A stretch of 57,558 nucleotides of DNA from a virus (IMGVR_UViG_3300050343_000013:1-57558); one strand, 5' to 3'; shown: positions 21,519 to 31,505, counted from the first letter of the stretch. Program-made: numbers and translations. Notes: generated from the sequence alone by a model not told the origin.

Positions 21519-23492
21519 TTATATCGCCATTAATATCATCCTGGTGGATTTCTCAGCTTGGAACTTTTTTAGTATCTCAGCTTGTACTGCAGCTTCTGCC
21601 ATATTGTTGACAACTTTATCAGGATCAAGATCCATAGACTTAGCAATCTCACGAATAATGTAATCCATCTTAGCAAATGGTGCTAGTACTGGATTCTGTA
21701 CAACTTGTAAGAATTGCATTAGTCGTTGGCTACGTACTTCATTAGCCATTAAGCTTTCTGTACCACGAGCTTTTACATCAAGATCACCTTTGATATCTTC
21801 GTCAAAGTCAAACTGCATATTAAAATTAAAGAATGCTTTACCTAAAGGGCCAAGTAAGTAGTCATCTACATTCTTAACTACATTACGAATAGAACCGTTA
21901 GCAGCAGACATAAGCATACTAATACCAGAAGCAGTACGACCTACACCTGATACACCTGTTTGACCATGTGCGAAAGAAGGAAAGCCTGTTGATTCATCTG
22001 CTAGTACACTTGCTTTATCAAACATCTGCATGTTTTCATTAGATACGTTTGGAAACTTAGTTCCAAAGATTGCTTGTCCAGGTGCCCCTCCCTGTCTCCT
22101 AAACACTTTTCCAGGGATACACGGAGAGGTCTTGACCTGGGACGAAGTTAGTTTCGTCTACCTCTATGATCATATTACCAGATAAAGCAGCATTATCTAC
22201 AGCCATTCGCATAAAGCCATTCATAAGTGTTTGAGTATCATCCATATTCTCAGCAATACCTACACCAAAGAATACTATAAGGGATTACTTCATAAGGTAC
22301 AGCATAGTATGGAATTAAGAAGGTGTAAATGGATTCATTACAAACGTAGTACTTGACCATTACAAATCCAGATGTTTACACTTAACTTGATCCGCATCTT
22401 CTAATTCTTTCTGGAATATCTACATCATGTCCTTCTAGAACTTCTGTATCTACATTACCCCAAAACTCTAGAACCTCAAAACGTTCTGCTTTATCTTCTT
22501 CAGAGTCATCTTCCATAGCTTGTTCCCACCACTCTTTAGTGTAGGATTCACCCAAGTTTAAAGCTGTATCTATAGCATTCTTACGGAAATAAGGACGTTC
22601 TTTAAACGCACGTATTTGAGTACGTGACATCTTGTGACGTTCTATTACGTACTCTGCTTCATCCATATTAGCTGCATCTGGATCTGGATAGAAGTTCCAT
22701 ATAGATACAGATGAGTTTGAGGTACTGTTTTAAACAGAGGTGTATATTCACCTTCTTCATATTTAGGATATTCTTTATCTACAGCAAACGGCCCTTTCAT
22801 AACTCCTGTACCAAATAAGGCACATTCAAAGGCAGCAACACGTAGTTGTTTGTTTGCATTAGACTCTTCTAATTGATCATGGATTTTCTTTTCCATCTTC
22901 TTTGCAGAAATCATAGCAGGATGTATAGTAATTTCAGTAGGAGTTCTACCTTACCTTCTTCAAGTATATCAGCTACAGGAGCTAACTTACTTTTAGAACC
23001 ACCTAAACGTTCTTGTAAATCTATTACAGTTTCACCTGGACTTTAACTGCATATCTTCTCCGCCAAACTCTTCTTTAGCTTTTACGCATGTCATCATTTG
23101 ATTCAAAGAATACTGAGTCTGCTACACCTTCAGGTAATGTAGTAGGATCAATGTAATTGGAAACTTATTATTACCAAACAGTACTTCTACTATCTGACCA
23201 TATGCAGCAAGAACTTTAGTCTTAGTAACCTTTACAAATACACGAGACTTTTCTGTAGAAGTAAACTGTACATCTGGTCCATATAAACCACGATAGTTTC
23301 GGTAAGCTTGTACCCAACGTTTTTCTTCAGTCTCACGAGCAGTGGAAGCTTTACTATAATGATTTTGTACAAACCAACTACAGTGACCTGAAAGTGGATC
23401 AGAATAATTATCTTCATCCATGTCTTCTATAGCATGAGCCTCTACTGAGTCCATTGCCATGATCATTCTTCAAAGAATTCATCTTCTTCCAT
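21519..23492 (-). CDS. Portal protein (multiply frameshifted; C-terminus possibly truncated)
   Basis: Fragments YRNYRGLYG, VKVTKTKVLAAYGQI, FGTGVMKGPF and GVGRTASGISMLM. Confidence 0.88.
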
Positions 23493-23501
23493 TGCTTTTC
23501 C

Positions 23502-24990
23502 TTAATATCCAAATGTTGGGTCTGCTGCTTGAAAACCTGACGTTGTGATGCAGGATCAAAATCAAATAAACTACTTCTAGGTCTTGTCATTATACCATAT
23601 CTTAATGCATCATACAAGTGGTCTTCTGCGTGTGTATCTACATCTTCTGGATTCTTTTTATCTAAAGGTATAGAAGGTAACTGAGATATAGATTAGAACA
23701 ATGTATTAAAAAATACTAGTCTTGGTTCTTCTGTAAACTCATCTACCTGCAATCTTCTGTGTAATTCGTTCTTACCTGCTACACGAGATCCTTTTGATCT
23801 ATCTGAAGGTCTCCACCTACATCCACGCAAAATCATTTGTTCTGCTAGAGCTTGGGCCAGTATCTCCACGTTTATGCCATAAGAGAACTATCAAGAACTC
23901 CATAACGTATTTTTCTCCTGCTTCAACATCTAATATCATATCAGCTAAATCAGTAGCTAGTACCTTTAGATACATACAGTTCTCTGATAAACAATTAGTT
24001 GTTCATCAGGTGCTACAGCAAACCAAACAACTCCAGTATAAGAACCATAACCATAGTCACATGCTCTAAACTTAACCCAGTTAGAAGGTATCTCAAAAGG
24101 TTCAACTACATGTATGTTCCTATTAAACTCAGGAAAAGCTGCACCTTCATTAATATCCCAATCACCTTCAAGTAGTTGTCTACGTTGATGCTCAGGTAAC
24201 GACAATAGATTGGCTTCGTATACATACCATCATCAGATAAGTAGGGATTATCAAACAAAGTGCAGGTATAAACCTACGTTTGAATAGAGGTTCACCTTCT
24301 TTACTGTGACCTTTAGGCCATTCAATCACATTCTCCTGTTTCAGGATCTGTAGCCCAGAACGAGCCTTATTAGGTACTTCAGGGTCAATAAAAGTTCTTC
24401 TTTACCCATTGATGACCTGGACCACCTGGGTTGCTAGTTGCTCTCATATGGAGAGGTAGACCTGATTGTTTAGTTGTACGTAACCGTGAACGCATATAGT
24501 TCCAAGGATAAGGTGTAGGCCATTGTGTAAGTTCATCAAAGCCAATCCAGTTAAAGGCTTGACCTTGGTATCTCATAACATCATCATCTCTGTCTAGGTA
24601 TGACATCCATAATGTAGCACCTGATGGAGCTACCCAAGTCTTATCTCTTTCCATAAACTTAATCCCAGGTATAGCTTTGGGATAAAGCTGTTTACTTACA
24701 GATATAAGTTCTCTTAACTCTTCTGTACTTCTACGTACAAGTAGCATCGTGCATGAGGATTGTTTAAGTACCGCACAGGGTCTGCAATCATAGCATAAGA
24801 CTTACCACCACCTGCTGCTCCACCATAAAGTACCTCTTGTTCTGTAGCTGCTAGGAAATCTGTCTGAGGGCCAGGGTTAGGCTCAAAGATAACTTCTTCT
24901 AGCCTTTTCTAAGTCTATTGGTTCAGGCTTTACGGTTGTGCTGGAACTAACTCCTTTGAGGACTCTTGTAACCGATACTTTGGGTTTCAA
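23502..24990 (-). CDS. terL: Terminase large subunit (frameshifted; start approximate)
   Basis: Walker A YGGAAGGGKS (~24800-24830), IGFDELTQW, ATSNPGGPGH, RACDYGY and DHLYDALRYG. Confidence 0.92.
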
Positions 24991-25357
24991 GCTTTTCCGC
25001 TTTTTGTAACGGCTTTCTTTGTACCTTTTCTGCGATAGTAAGCGTTGAGTTGAAGCTTCGTTCTTACGTTGTTGTTCAATTTTTACCCTTTGTATAAACC
25101 TACATGAGAGATATATCGTTCAGAACTGAGTACTAAGCCAAGCTAGCTACTTCTCTGTAGGCTGTATTGCTTTAAGGTACTTCTTAGCTTTTCGAACAAT
25201 TCTAACTCTTTTGGAATTGGTAGTAGTATATCACAATCGTGGGGTCTTGTCTATAGCCAAATGGTATAAGTCTACCAACTCTTACAACTGGTTGCCACTC
25301 ATATTCACCATCTACCGCTTCTGGCTTAGGTAATTGCCAAGTTCTATTCGTCTTCAT
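24946..25357 (-). CDS. Conserved DNA-binding protein upstream of terL (frameshifted; not in ORF track)
   Basis: Manual reading MKTNRTWQLPKP...GRLIPFGY...REVASWLSTQSERYISHVGL, an HTH-like segment. Confidence 0.55.
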
Positions 25358-25716
25358 CAGATTTCTGTGGTAATATAAATAAAGGACTCTAGCTGCTTTA
25401 TACCTCTACCTTTTCTGTTTTAACAAAACCAGCTACTATCTAAAACATCTTTTGCAGCTGTCATCTTTTCTTTATTACCTAAGTCTGTTGGATTGTTCAT
25501 AACCTCTAACATAGAGTATGCAGCTTTTACAGCTGATGAACTAATAAACTTCTTAGTTAGATCTGCAATTTCTTCTGCCAGAGACTCTGCAATAGCTTTT
25601 GTAGCTACCCCATCTGCATAACCTGCAAGTTTTCTAGCTGTAACTAGATTACCTCCAGCTTCTTCAAACAGTACGTCTAAGAACTTCTGTTGTTTTTCTG
25701 TTAAGTTTCTTGCCAT
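25344..25716 (-). CDS. Terminase small subunit-like protein (frameshift near the C-terminus)
   Basis: MARNLTEKQQKFLDVLF...ARKLAGY, a TerS-type HTH. Start at a TAATG overlap at 25716. Confidence 0.65.
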
Positions 25717-26171
25717 TATGCCACCATATAAATTATAAAACCTAAAGTACCTGCACCTACTAAAAGAATAACACCTGATATACCCCAAGTAATTATTGCT
25801 TCTTGTATCTCTGCTTTACGATACTCTTGTTCTTTCTTTTGTTTACGTATTCTACCTTCAGTTGCTACCAACTCATCCCAAACAGATGGGCCATAGGTAA
25901 AACTAATCCAGTCTTTTAGTTCTTGCCTCATAGCTTGAGCTTTCTTTTTAGCAGTGAATATTTCTAAAGCTTCTGCTTCAACAGAACCCCCTAATGATTT
26001 CCACCAAGGGGGGTTCTTGTTTTTCTGCTCTAAGTAGGACAGGTCGCTCATGCTGCTAGCCCACTGATTTAGTTGACCACCCATTTCTTGAAGATCTTTT
26101 CCGAACTGGAAACCTTTCTTCAACGCATTGAACGCTACGGTAGCTCCACCGATTATTGTAACTGGGTCCAC
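25716..26171 (-). CDS. Conserved marine phage protein with a C-terminal TM helix
   Basis: GTG start preceded by GGGAGGAGG. Sequence MDPVTII...YGPSVWDELVATEGRIRK then a TM helix. Confidence 0.75.
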   Translation of the reverse strand: MDPVTIIGGATVAFNALKKGFQFGKDLQEMGGQLNQWASSMSDLSYLEQKNKNPPWWKSLGGSVEAEALEIFTAKKKAQAMRQELKDWISFTYGPSVWDELVATEGRIRKQKKEQEYRKAEIQEAIITWGISGVILLVGAGTLGFIIYMVA

Positions 26172-26222
26172 GAGCCTCCTCCCAAAGTACTCCTAGTATC
26201 ATTAAAGAAGTTATTGTGCTTT

Positions 26223-26386
26223 TCAAAGAGCTTTACCTGTTAGTAAAACCCTTTCTATATCACATCTACCTATTCCTAAGTCTCGTAGTTCTCTATCAGT
26301 CATTCTATAAAGTTGCAAACGTGCAATCTTACGTCTAGCTGATTCTGTTCTTGCTTCTACTATTCTATTAAATAATTTTTAAACAT
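26223..26386 (-). CDS. DUF1127 family small protein (1-nt homopolymer deletion; missed by ORF track)
   Basis: AGGAG RBS. Adding one A in the run after ATGTTT gives MFKKLFNRIVEARTESARRKIARLQLYRMTDRELRDLGIGRCDIERVLLTGKAL, with the LxxMxDRxLxDxGxxRxDI signature. Confidence 0.8.
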
Positions 26387-26421
26387 TTTCTACTCCTATG
26401 TTAGCCCTATCTGGACAGGAG

Positions 26422-26453
26422 TAGTTATACTATATTTTACAGTAACTTACTAC
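26422..26453 (-). promoter_or_regulatory. Putative promoter of the DUF1127 gene
   Basis: Minus strand GTAGTAA-N16-GTATAACTA. Shares the -10 element with other phage promoters; the -35 is non-canonical. Confidence 0.5.
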
Positions 26454-26472
26454 AGACAAAAATGCAAACCCG

Positions 26473-26697
26473 TTATGACTTTTTAACTACCTTAGTAGTC
26501 CAAGCTTCATTTACATCTGGGGTAGAAGGATCATCTCCAAGAAGTTGACCCTTGTCATTACGAGCACGTACTTTTACTTCTTTTGTATCTTTTACAAAAT
26601 CTAATACGGCAGGATCTTTAGTGTGCCATTCTCCACGGATATACTCCGCAAGAACAGCACCGTATTGGTCTACGACCTTATCACCATCTAGTTTCAT
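26473..26697 (-). CDS. Hypothetical protein
   Basis: 74 aa with a RARNDKGQLLGDDPSTPDVNEAW motif, coupled to the upstream gene. Confidence 0.7.
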   Translation of the reverse strand: MKLDGDKVVDQYGAVLAEYIRGEWHTKDPAVLDFVKDTKEVKVRARNDKGQLLGDDPSTPDVNEAWTTKVVKKS

Positions 26698-27323
26698 TTT
26701 CTGCCACCACTTCCAAATTTAACTGTAGGTTTTTCTTTTCTTCTTTTTCTAACTCCAGGGACTCCACCACCTTTACTTAGATCTTTAATGTAAAGGCCTA
26801 GTTTAGTTAATGAATCTAAAATTTCATCTATTTTAGAACCTGGATTTTTATCTACTTTTTTATTTCTTAGTTCAGCTAATTTTTTCTTTGTGCTTTCTAA
26901 TCTTTTACTTGCAGCTTCACGTTCACCGATACTTATTTTCTTTATATCGGAATCAATCTTTTTTATCTTATTTGTAACAGCAGCAGGTATTTTTAAAGGT
27001 CTATTTCTAAAAGAGGGGGTACGTTTTTTAGAATTAACAGGAAGTAATTTTGTCACTGTAATTTCTTCTGACCTAACTATTTCACTAGGTTTAGCTATAG
27101 GAGGTTCACCTGAACCTGGACGTTTTTTAGGCTTTACAGTCTTTTTAGCAGCACCTGACTTTGGTCTAGGCTTAGGTTTAGTTACCTTTTTCTTTGCCTC
27201 ATCTTCTTTTGTATTAGTAGTATATCTTTTACCTTTCCAGGTAAAAACTTTACCTGAACCTTGTGCTTTACGTGCAGCTACAAAAGCTTTCTTAAAGCTC
27301 ATATCATCGTATTTACCTGCCAA
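26694..27323 (-). CDS. Highly basic protein (putative DNA-condensing/internal)
   Basis: SFKKAFVAARKAQG..FTWKGKRYTT motif; very Lys-rich. Confidence 0.7.
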   Translation of the reverse strand: MAGKYDDMSFKKAFVAARKAQGSGKVFTWKGKRYTTNTKEDEAKKKVTKPKPRPKSGAAKKTVKPKKRPGSGEPPIAKPSEIVRSEEITVTKLLPVNSKKRTPSFRNRPLKIPAAVTNKIKKIDSDIKKISIGEREAASKRLESTKKKLAELRNKKVDKNPGSKIDEILDSLTKLGLYIKDLSKGGGVPGVRKRRKEKPTVKFGSGGRK

Positions 27324-27332
27324 AGTCTTTCT

Positions 27333-27638
27333 TTATTTATAAGTATTCTTAGCTCTTTTAATACCTGTATTAAGGCCAGAAGACTTAACCATTCCGCCTA
27401 CGTTATACATAGCAACTCTGCCACCTTTAGCGTAAGCTTTCTTTTTCATATTAGCACCACCTTTAGCCATGCCTTTTTTCTTCATACTAGCTCCGCCCAT
27501 TGCGTAACCTTTTTTCTTCATCATAGCACCACCTTTAGACATACCTTTTTTCTTTTTCTTATCCTTAGCAGCTTTTGCCATAGGTTCTTTTCTGTCTCCA
27601 TCTCCATCTATATCTGGATAATCTGGTCTTTTACTCAT
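27333..27638 (-). CDS. Small basic protein with KKK-x-hydrophobic-x-x-GG repeats
   Basis: DIDGDGD motif followed by five repeats: GMSKGG, GYAMGG, GMAKGG, AYAKGG, MYNVGG. Confidence 0.8.
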   Translation of the reverse strand: MSKRPDYPDIDGDGDRKEPMAKAAKDKKKKKGMSKGGAMMKKKGYAMGGASMKKKGMAKGGANMKKKAYAKGGRVAMYNVGGMVKSSGLNTGIKRAKNTYK

Positions 27639-28315
27639 TGTTCTTCCTCACTATATAAATTGTTAAATACTCGTTGCGTATCCCAAACATAGTCTACGTT
27701 TTCTTTCGAGTTATAAATATGTTGGTTAGGTCTAAAATCTGGAGCACCTTGTCCAGTTTCAAACCATGCAGGGTGAGTTACTCTCACTCTATTATTGGGC
27801 AACGCAACCATGTTACCTGTGTATTCTCCTGCATCTAACAACTCAAGTACGTGAGATTGTTTATGTTGTGCAGGGTCATCTGCTACTTCGTTGTCTGTGT
27901 AGTCAACAGTGAAGTAATACTTTGCAGGGTAGAACTCACCATCTATTTTTGCTATCCAAGGAGCAGGTGAGGCTCTTTCTAATTTATATACTGAGTGTGT
28001 ATGCGACATACAATCCCAGGGTTGTGCTAAGTATGGTGGTAGCTCTGTAGGCCATTCTTCTAGGGGGGTATCTGCCACTAAAGCTACAAGAGGTAATCTA
28101 GCCCACATCGCACCACCATGTATATTGGGGCTATCATCATGATCAGACTCGCAGCCTGTAAAAATAACTTGAAAGCTGAGAGTCCTATTTGGCATAGTAG
28201 TAACACCAATGACCATGCAATGTAAGAACTCGCCATGATACTCTTCTAAATTTTTTGTATATTCTCTACGTACCCATGCTTTGAAGTACGGTATGTTACT
28301 TTGTAGATACGCCAT
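27635..28315 (-). CDS. Conserved hypothetical enzyme-like protein
   Basis: Intact 226-aa globular ORF with GAMWARLP, QPWDCMSH, QHKQSH and ALPNNR motifs. Confidence 0.8.
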   Translation of the reverse strand: MAYLQSNIPYFKAWVRREYTKNLEEYHGEFLHCMVIGVTTMPNRTLSFQVIFTGCESDHDDSPNIHGGAMWARLPLVALVADTPLEEWPTELPPYLAQPWDCMSHTHSVYKLERASPAPWIAKIDGEFYPAKYYFTVDYTDNEVADDPAQHKQSHVLELLDAGEYTGNMVALPNNRVRVTHPAWFETGQGAPDFRPNQHIYNSKENVDYVWDTQRVFNNLYSEEEQ

Positions 28316-28602
28316 CTTTCTTGTGTTTCCTTTTCAACTCTGCTTTAGCTTGTTTAAAGACATTTGCAATTGCTGTCTTTCCCATAACTTTAGCACGTTG
28401 TTCGGCAACTGTCAAGATTTGTATTTTTCTTGCGTAAGGTTTGTCTAATCTTTTTTACTTTAGCTACTGTAGCTTTTGCATCAGCCATAGTAGCAAACTT
28501 AATTGACACCGTATCTTTAGGATTCTCATCCGTATATAGTCTACGTCCAGACCCTTTAGGTTTTTTACCTGTTCCTACTTTTGGATCTGGTTTCTTTGCC
28601 AT
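28296..28602 (-). CDS. Small basic protein (frameshifted)
   Basis: GTGKKPKGSGRRLYTDENPKDTVSIKF, continuing ARKIQILTVAEQRAKVM in another frame. Confidence 0.6.
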
Positions 28603-28604
28603 GT

Positions 28605-28841
28605 TTATTTCCTAAAGGCTCTGGTTTTCTTTGCGATCTTTTTAGGTTGAGCCACATGCTGCTTACCTGCCGCCTTGCCTTTTCGTTTAGCTCTGGTTGT
28701 AGCGGCATACTCACTGCTGCTAAGAGACTTAATAGCCGCAGAAGGTAGATAACGTTCACCAGTCTTAGAACTAGGCTTGCCACTCTTGGTACGCCACTTT
28801 TGTTTTGTCCAATTTTTTAGGGACTTTTGGGGAGCCTTCAC
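28605..28841 (-). CDS. Small basic protein
   Basis: QKSLKNWTKQKWRTKSG...RYLP, a common phage family. Confidence 0.75.
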   Translation of the reverse strand: MKAPQKSLKNWTKQKWRTKSGKPSSKTGERYLPSAAIKSLSSSEYAATTRAKRKGKAAGKQHVAQPKKIAKKTRAFRK

Positions 28842-29094
28842 TACTTGTAGCCTCCGCCTTTTGCTTTGTACTGTTTAGCCAACATCTGAGCTTTTCGGGC
28901 TGACCATTGACCTGGGCCACCGCCTTTACCTCCAGCTTTGATTGAGTTGAATAAACTCTTGCGCATCCCAGGCTTGGTATAGTTACCTGCTTTGTTACCG
29001 TACTACCACCTTTAGACATCCCAGTTACTTTTTTCAAAGCCTTTGCTTGTCCTGCGTGAGCTTTAACAGTGGATTTCTTCTTCATGTTAGCCAT
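28841..29094 (-). CDS. Small basic protein (frameshifted)
   Basis: MANMKKK...GMSKGG then YTKPGMRK...GPGQWSARKAQMLAKQYKAKGGGYK-stop after an indel. Confidence 0.55.
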
Positions 29095-29098
29095 AGTT

Positions 29099-29194
29099 CT
29101 ATGCCTTACAGTTACAATCTGCACCGCATTTAATGTTTAATAGTGCACATGCAATTCTTTTTAAATATCTTCCAAACCATTTAATTACTCTCAT
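29099..29194 (-). CDS. 31-aa Cys-rich peptide (not in ORF track)
   Basis: MRVIKWFGRYLKRIACALLNIKCGADCNCKA. ATGA overlap with the upstream gene fills the gap. Confidence 0.55.
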   Translation of the reverse strand: MRVIKWFGRYLKRIACALLNIKCGADCNCKA

Positions 29195-29385
29195 AATGAA
29201 ACTCCCATATTTATTTTTTTACATTCTGGTACTGCTAGATACCCTTGTTCTTGAAAGTACCTAGCTACTATTAGTGCTTCTTGAGCACATGCTTCCTCTG
29301 TAGGAAATGTTGCTTCTGTTTTAGCCATTACCTCGCAAGTTAATGCAGAAGGTCCAGTACAGAGAAGCATAAAGGCTATCCACAT
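29191..29385 (-). CDS. Small secreted/membrane Cys-containing protein
   Basis: MWIAFMLLC...FPTEEAC...EC with a hydrophobic N-terminus. Confidence 0.65.
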   Translation of the reverse strand: MWIAFMLLCTGPSALTCEVMAKTEATFPTEEACAQEALIVARYFQEQGYLAVPECKKINMGVSL

Positions 29386-29771
29386 TAGAAACTGACCATA
29401 GCCCCTACTGTTACGTCACCAAACTCTAGGTCTGAATCTGTAGATACTTCAGTATATAAATTAATATAAGTGCTAGGTATCTCATACTTTGCAGTAAAGT
29501 CTAGACCTTGAAAGATGTCTCCTTCGTCTAGCTCTAACATATCAATATCAGTAGCTACACTTAGTCCAATACCCATAGCAGTTAATCCTGCTGATGGAGT
29601 TAGTTCCCACTCCCACTCTTCTACACCAGTGGTATAGTTGATGTCAGAGTCTGCACCGATAGATAATGTCTGTCCTGCGACAGAAAAATCCATAGATGAT
29701 GCCTTAGTTGCCATTATGGTAAGCAAGCCCATTGCTGCTGCCGTAGTGACAGCTATAGTTGTTGTATTCAT
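29385..29771 (-). CDS. Small outer-membrane beta-barrel protein
   Basis: Likely start MNTTTIAV at 29771. Signal peptide, alternating amphipathic beta-strands and a terminal Phe (VGAMVSF). Confidence 0.65.
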   Translation of the reverse strand: MNTTTIAVTTAAAMGLLTIMATKASSMDFSVAGQTLSIGADSDINYTTGVEEWEWELTPSAGLTAMGIGLSVATDIDMLELDEGDIFQGLDFTAKYEIPSTYINLYTEVSTDSDLEFGDVTVGAMVSF

Positions 29772-29772
29772 T

Positions 29773-30090
29773 TTATGATCCTTTTTTCCATTTCTTTGAG
29801 GGAGACTTTGTCTTTGACGGACTCCACTTAACTTTATCTGCCCAGTATGCGGCAGACATTTTACCTTTTTTAATATTCTTTGCATGACGTGATTTAAAAG
29901 CTTCACGTTGCCCTGCAGTCTGGTTTGTCTTTACACCTTTTTGTCCAAACTTGATGTACTTATACTTACCACCTTCAGAAGCCATAACATGATGGGACTT
30001 ACCACTGCTATCATTAAGACGTTGAGGTTTATTGACTTCTTTAAGTCCAACCTCTTTCATTTTGTTTTTTACTCGCTCAGGTATTGCCAT
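29773..30090 (-). CDS. Small basic protein
   Basis: KSHHV...IKFGQKG...FKSRHAKNIKKGKMSAAYWADKVKW, a common phage family. Confidence 0.75.
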   Translation of the reverse strand: MAIPERVKNKMKEVGLKEVNKPQRLNDSSGKSHHVMASEGGKYKYIKFGQKGVKTNQTAGQREAFKSRHAKNIKKGKMSAAYWADKVKWSPSKTKSPSKKWKKGS

Positions 30091-30332
30091 TATCTTTTTC
30101 CTGCTTTACTATTTCTAGGAAAAGATCTGTTAGCACGTTTAGTTGTAACTGACAGGTTCTTTGCACTATTATCTCTAGGATTACCATTACGATGGTTTAC
30201 GTCTTTACCATCACCTTTTTTAACTACCCCTGCTTTTTTTAAAGTATTGCGAGCTGCATTACGTGAAGCTCTATTCTTTTTCTGTGTTGCTGTGCCTTGA
30301 TACTTTTTGTACTCGTTTTTGTAATTTCTCAT
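30090..30332 (-). CDS. HNH-like small nuclease-fold protein
   Basis: RNYKNEY...RASRNAAR...DGKDVNHRNGNPRDNSAKNL. Confidence 0.7.
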   Translation of the reverse strand: MRNYKNEYKKYQGTATQKKNRASRNAARNTLKKAGVVKKGDGKDVNHRNGNPRDNSAKNLSVTTKRANRSFPRNSKAGKR

Positions 30333-30712
30333 GGCTTATATCTTTCATACTTTGGATTATCTTTTCTTCCAAACAATCTTAGTACAAAATTTATAAAGCC
30401 TCTAGCTATCTCTGTTGGAGTTGGTAATAACCAACCAAGTATTAGAAGTAACATTACCCAAGGGGGTATGTTAGTATTAATAATATCTAAATTTTCCACT
30501 TTACCTGTTTCTACTTCTTTTATAACTTCAGTCTGTATAACGTCTCTACCTGCACTGGTATTTGTTTCATCTTCATACGTTATAACAGCTTGTCTATTCT
30601 CTGCACCTATCTGTGCATTAGAATTTACTGTAGGACCGCCTGATCCGCCTAGCGACATGAGAGTACTCAAACCACAACCAGATAAAAATAGCGTTAGGAC
30701 CAACCATCTCAT
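30329..30712 (-). CDS. Lipoprotein spanin candidate (unimolecular architecture)
   Basis: Lipobox FLSGC, a C-terminal hydrophobic helix WVMLLLILGWLL, and position directly after the endolysin. Confidence 0.65.
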   Translation of the reverse strand: MRWLVLTLFLSGCGLSTLMSLGGSGGPTVNSNAQIGAENRQAVITYEDETNTSAGRDVIQTEVIKEVETGKVENLDIINTNIPPWVMLLLILGWLLPTPTEIARGFINFVLRLFGRKDNPKYERYKP

Positions 30713-31179
30713 TACATCAGCTCAAAATGAGGCGCATCAATAAATGGCCTACGACCCTGTGACCTACGTAAGTCTACGTATGCCATCATAGCATCCTCAG
30801 CTGTGCCAGGATAAGTTCTAATATCTCCCTCAGACCAGGCAGCTCCCCACTTAACGGATGCCCCAGTCTCTTCTGCAGCTTGTTTAAAAGCATCACAGAT
30901 GTTATCGTACAGGTTTAACTCCCAGGATACGTCTGGTCCTACGTAAGCTACTACGTCTACTGCATGGCTAAAGCCATCATCTTGTAGTAGGTGTTTAGAA
31001 CGCATAGTCTGAGATCTACCTGCGGCTACATTAGCCTTCTGTTCGTCTAAGGTACGTACACCTTGAGTAACTCCAAAGTCTATATCTGTAAGTTGTATAG
31101 CTCTTTCTACAACTCCGGTCATAGCTGGGTGTACACCCTCTAATCTGTCCATTGATCTCTGACTTAGTCTAAAACTCAT
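30712..31179 (-). CDS. Endolysin, M15 L-Ala-D-Glu peptidase family
   Basis: FRLSQRS..RLEGVHP, SKHL...HAVD, WGAAW and DAPHFEL. Confidence 0.9.
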   Translation of the reverse strand: MSFRLSQRSMDRLEGVHPAMTGVVERAIQLTDIDFGVTQGVRTLDEQKANVAAGRSQTMRSKHLLQDDGFSHAVDVVAYVGPDVSWELNLYDNICDAFKQAAEETGASVKWGAAWSEGDIRTYPGTAEDAMMAYVDLRRSQGRRPFIDAPHFELM

Positions 31180-31505
31180 CTCATATCCTTCTTCATTGCT
31201 ACCTTATTGCCCATTGGCTTACCTGCCATGTAAGCTGTAGCTCCCATATATGCTGCTACTATACCAGTTTGTGCAATATAAAACAACCCTAACAAATCTG
31301 CAAGGGCTGCTACTCGTGTATCTGACATTAGAGGTGTAAATAGAACAACTGTAAAGCCAATCATCATTACCATAGCTATCCAAGCCATCTTCTTTTGTGA
31401 CTCAGCCTTCTCTTCACGTAGCTCTACCTCAAGCATACGTTCTTTCATAGCTACTTCTTGTTCTGTGATCTTACCATCACCATCTACGTCAAAATCTATT
31501 ACCAT
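31176..31505 (-). CDS. Holin candidate (2 TM) with an N-terminal DxDxDG loop
   Basis: Two TM helices, an EF-hand-like DVDGDGKITEQE, and an overlap with the endolysin start. Confidence 0.6.
   Translation of the reverse strand: MVIDFDVDGDGKITEQEVAMKERMLEVELREEKAESQKKMAWIAMVMMIGFTVVLFTPLMSDTRVAALADLLGLFYIAQTGIVAAYMGATAYMAGKPMGNKVAMKKDMR

Noticed and set aside
12382-25716. Frameshifts in terL, portal, MCP, scaffold and tail tube genes read as pseudogenes, programmed frameshifts or a recoded genetic code
   Set aside because: The breaks are frame changes rather than in-frame stops, often sit in homopolymers and hit essential genes. This is typical of long-read consensus error.
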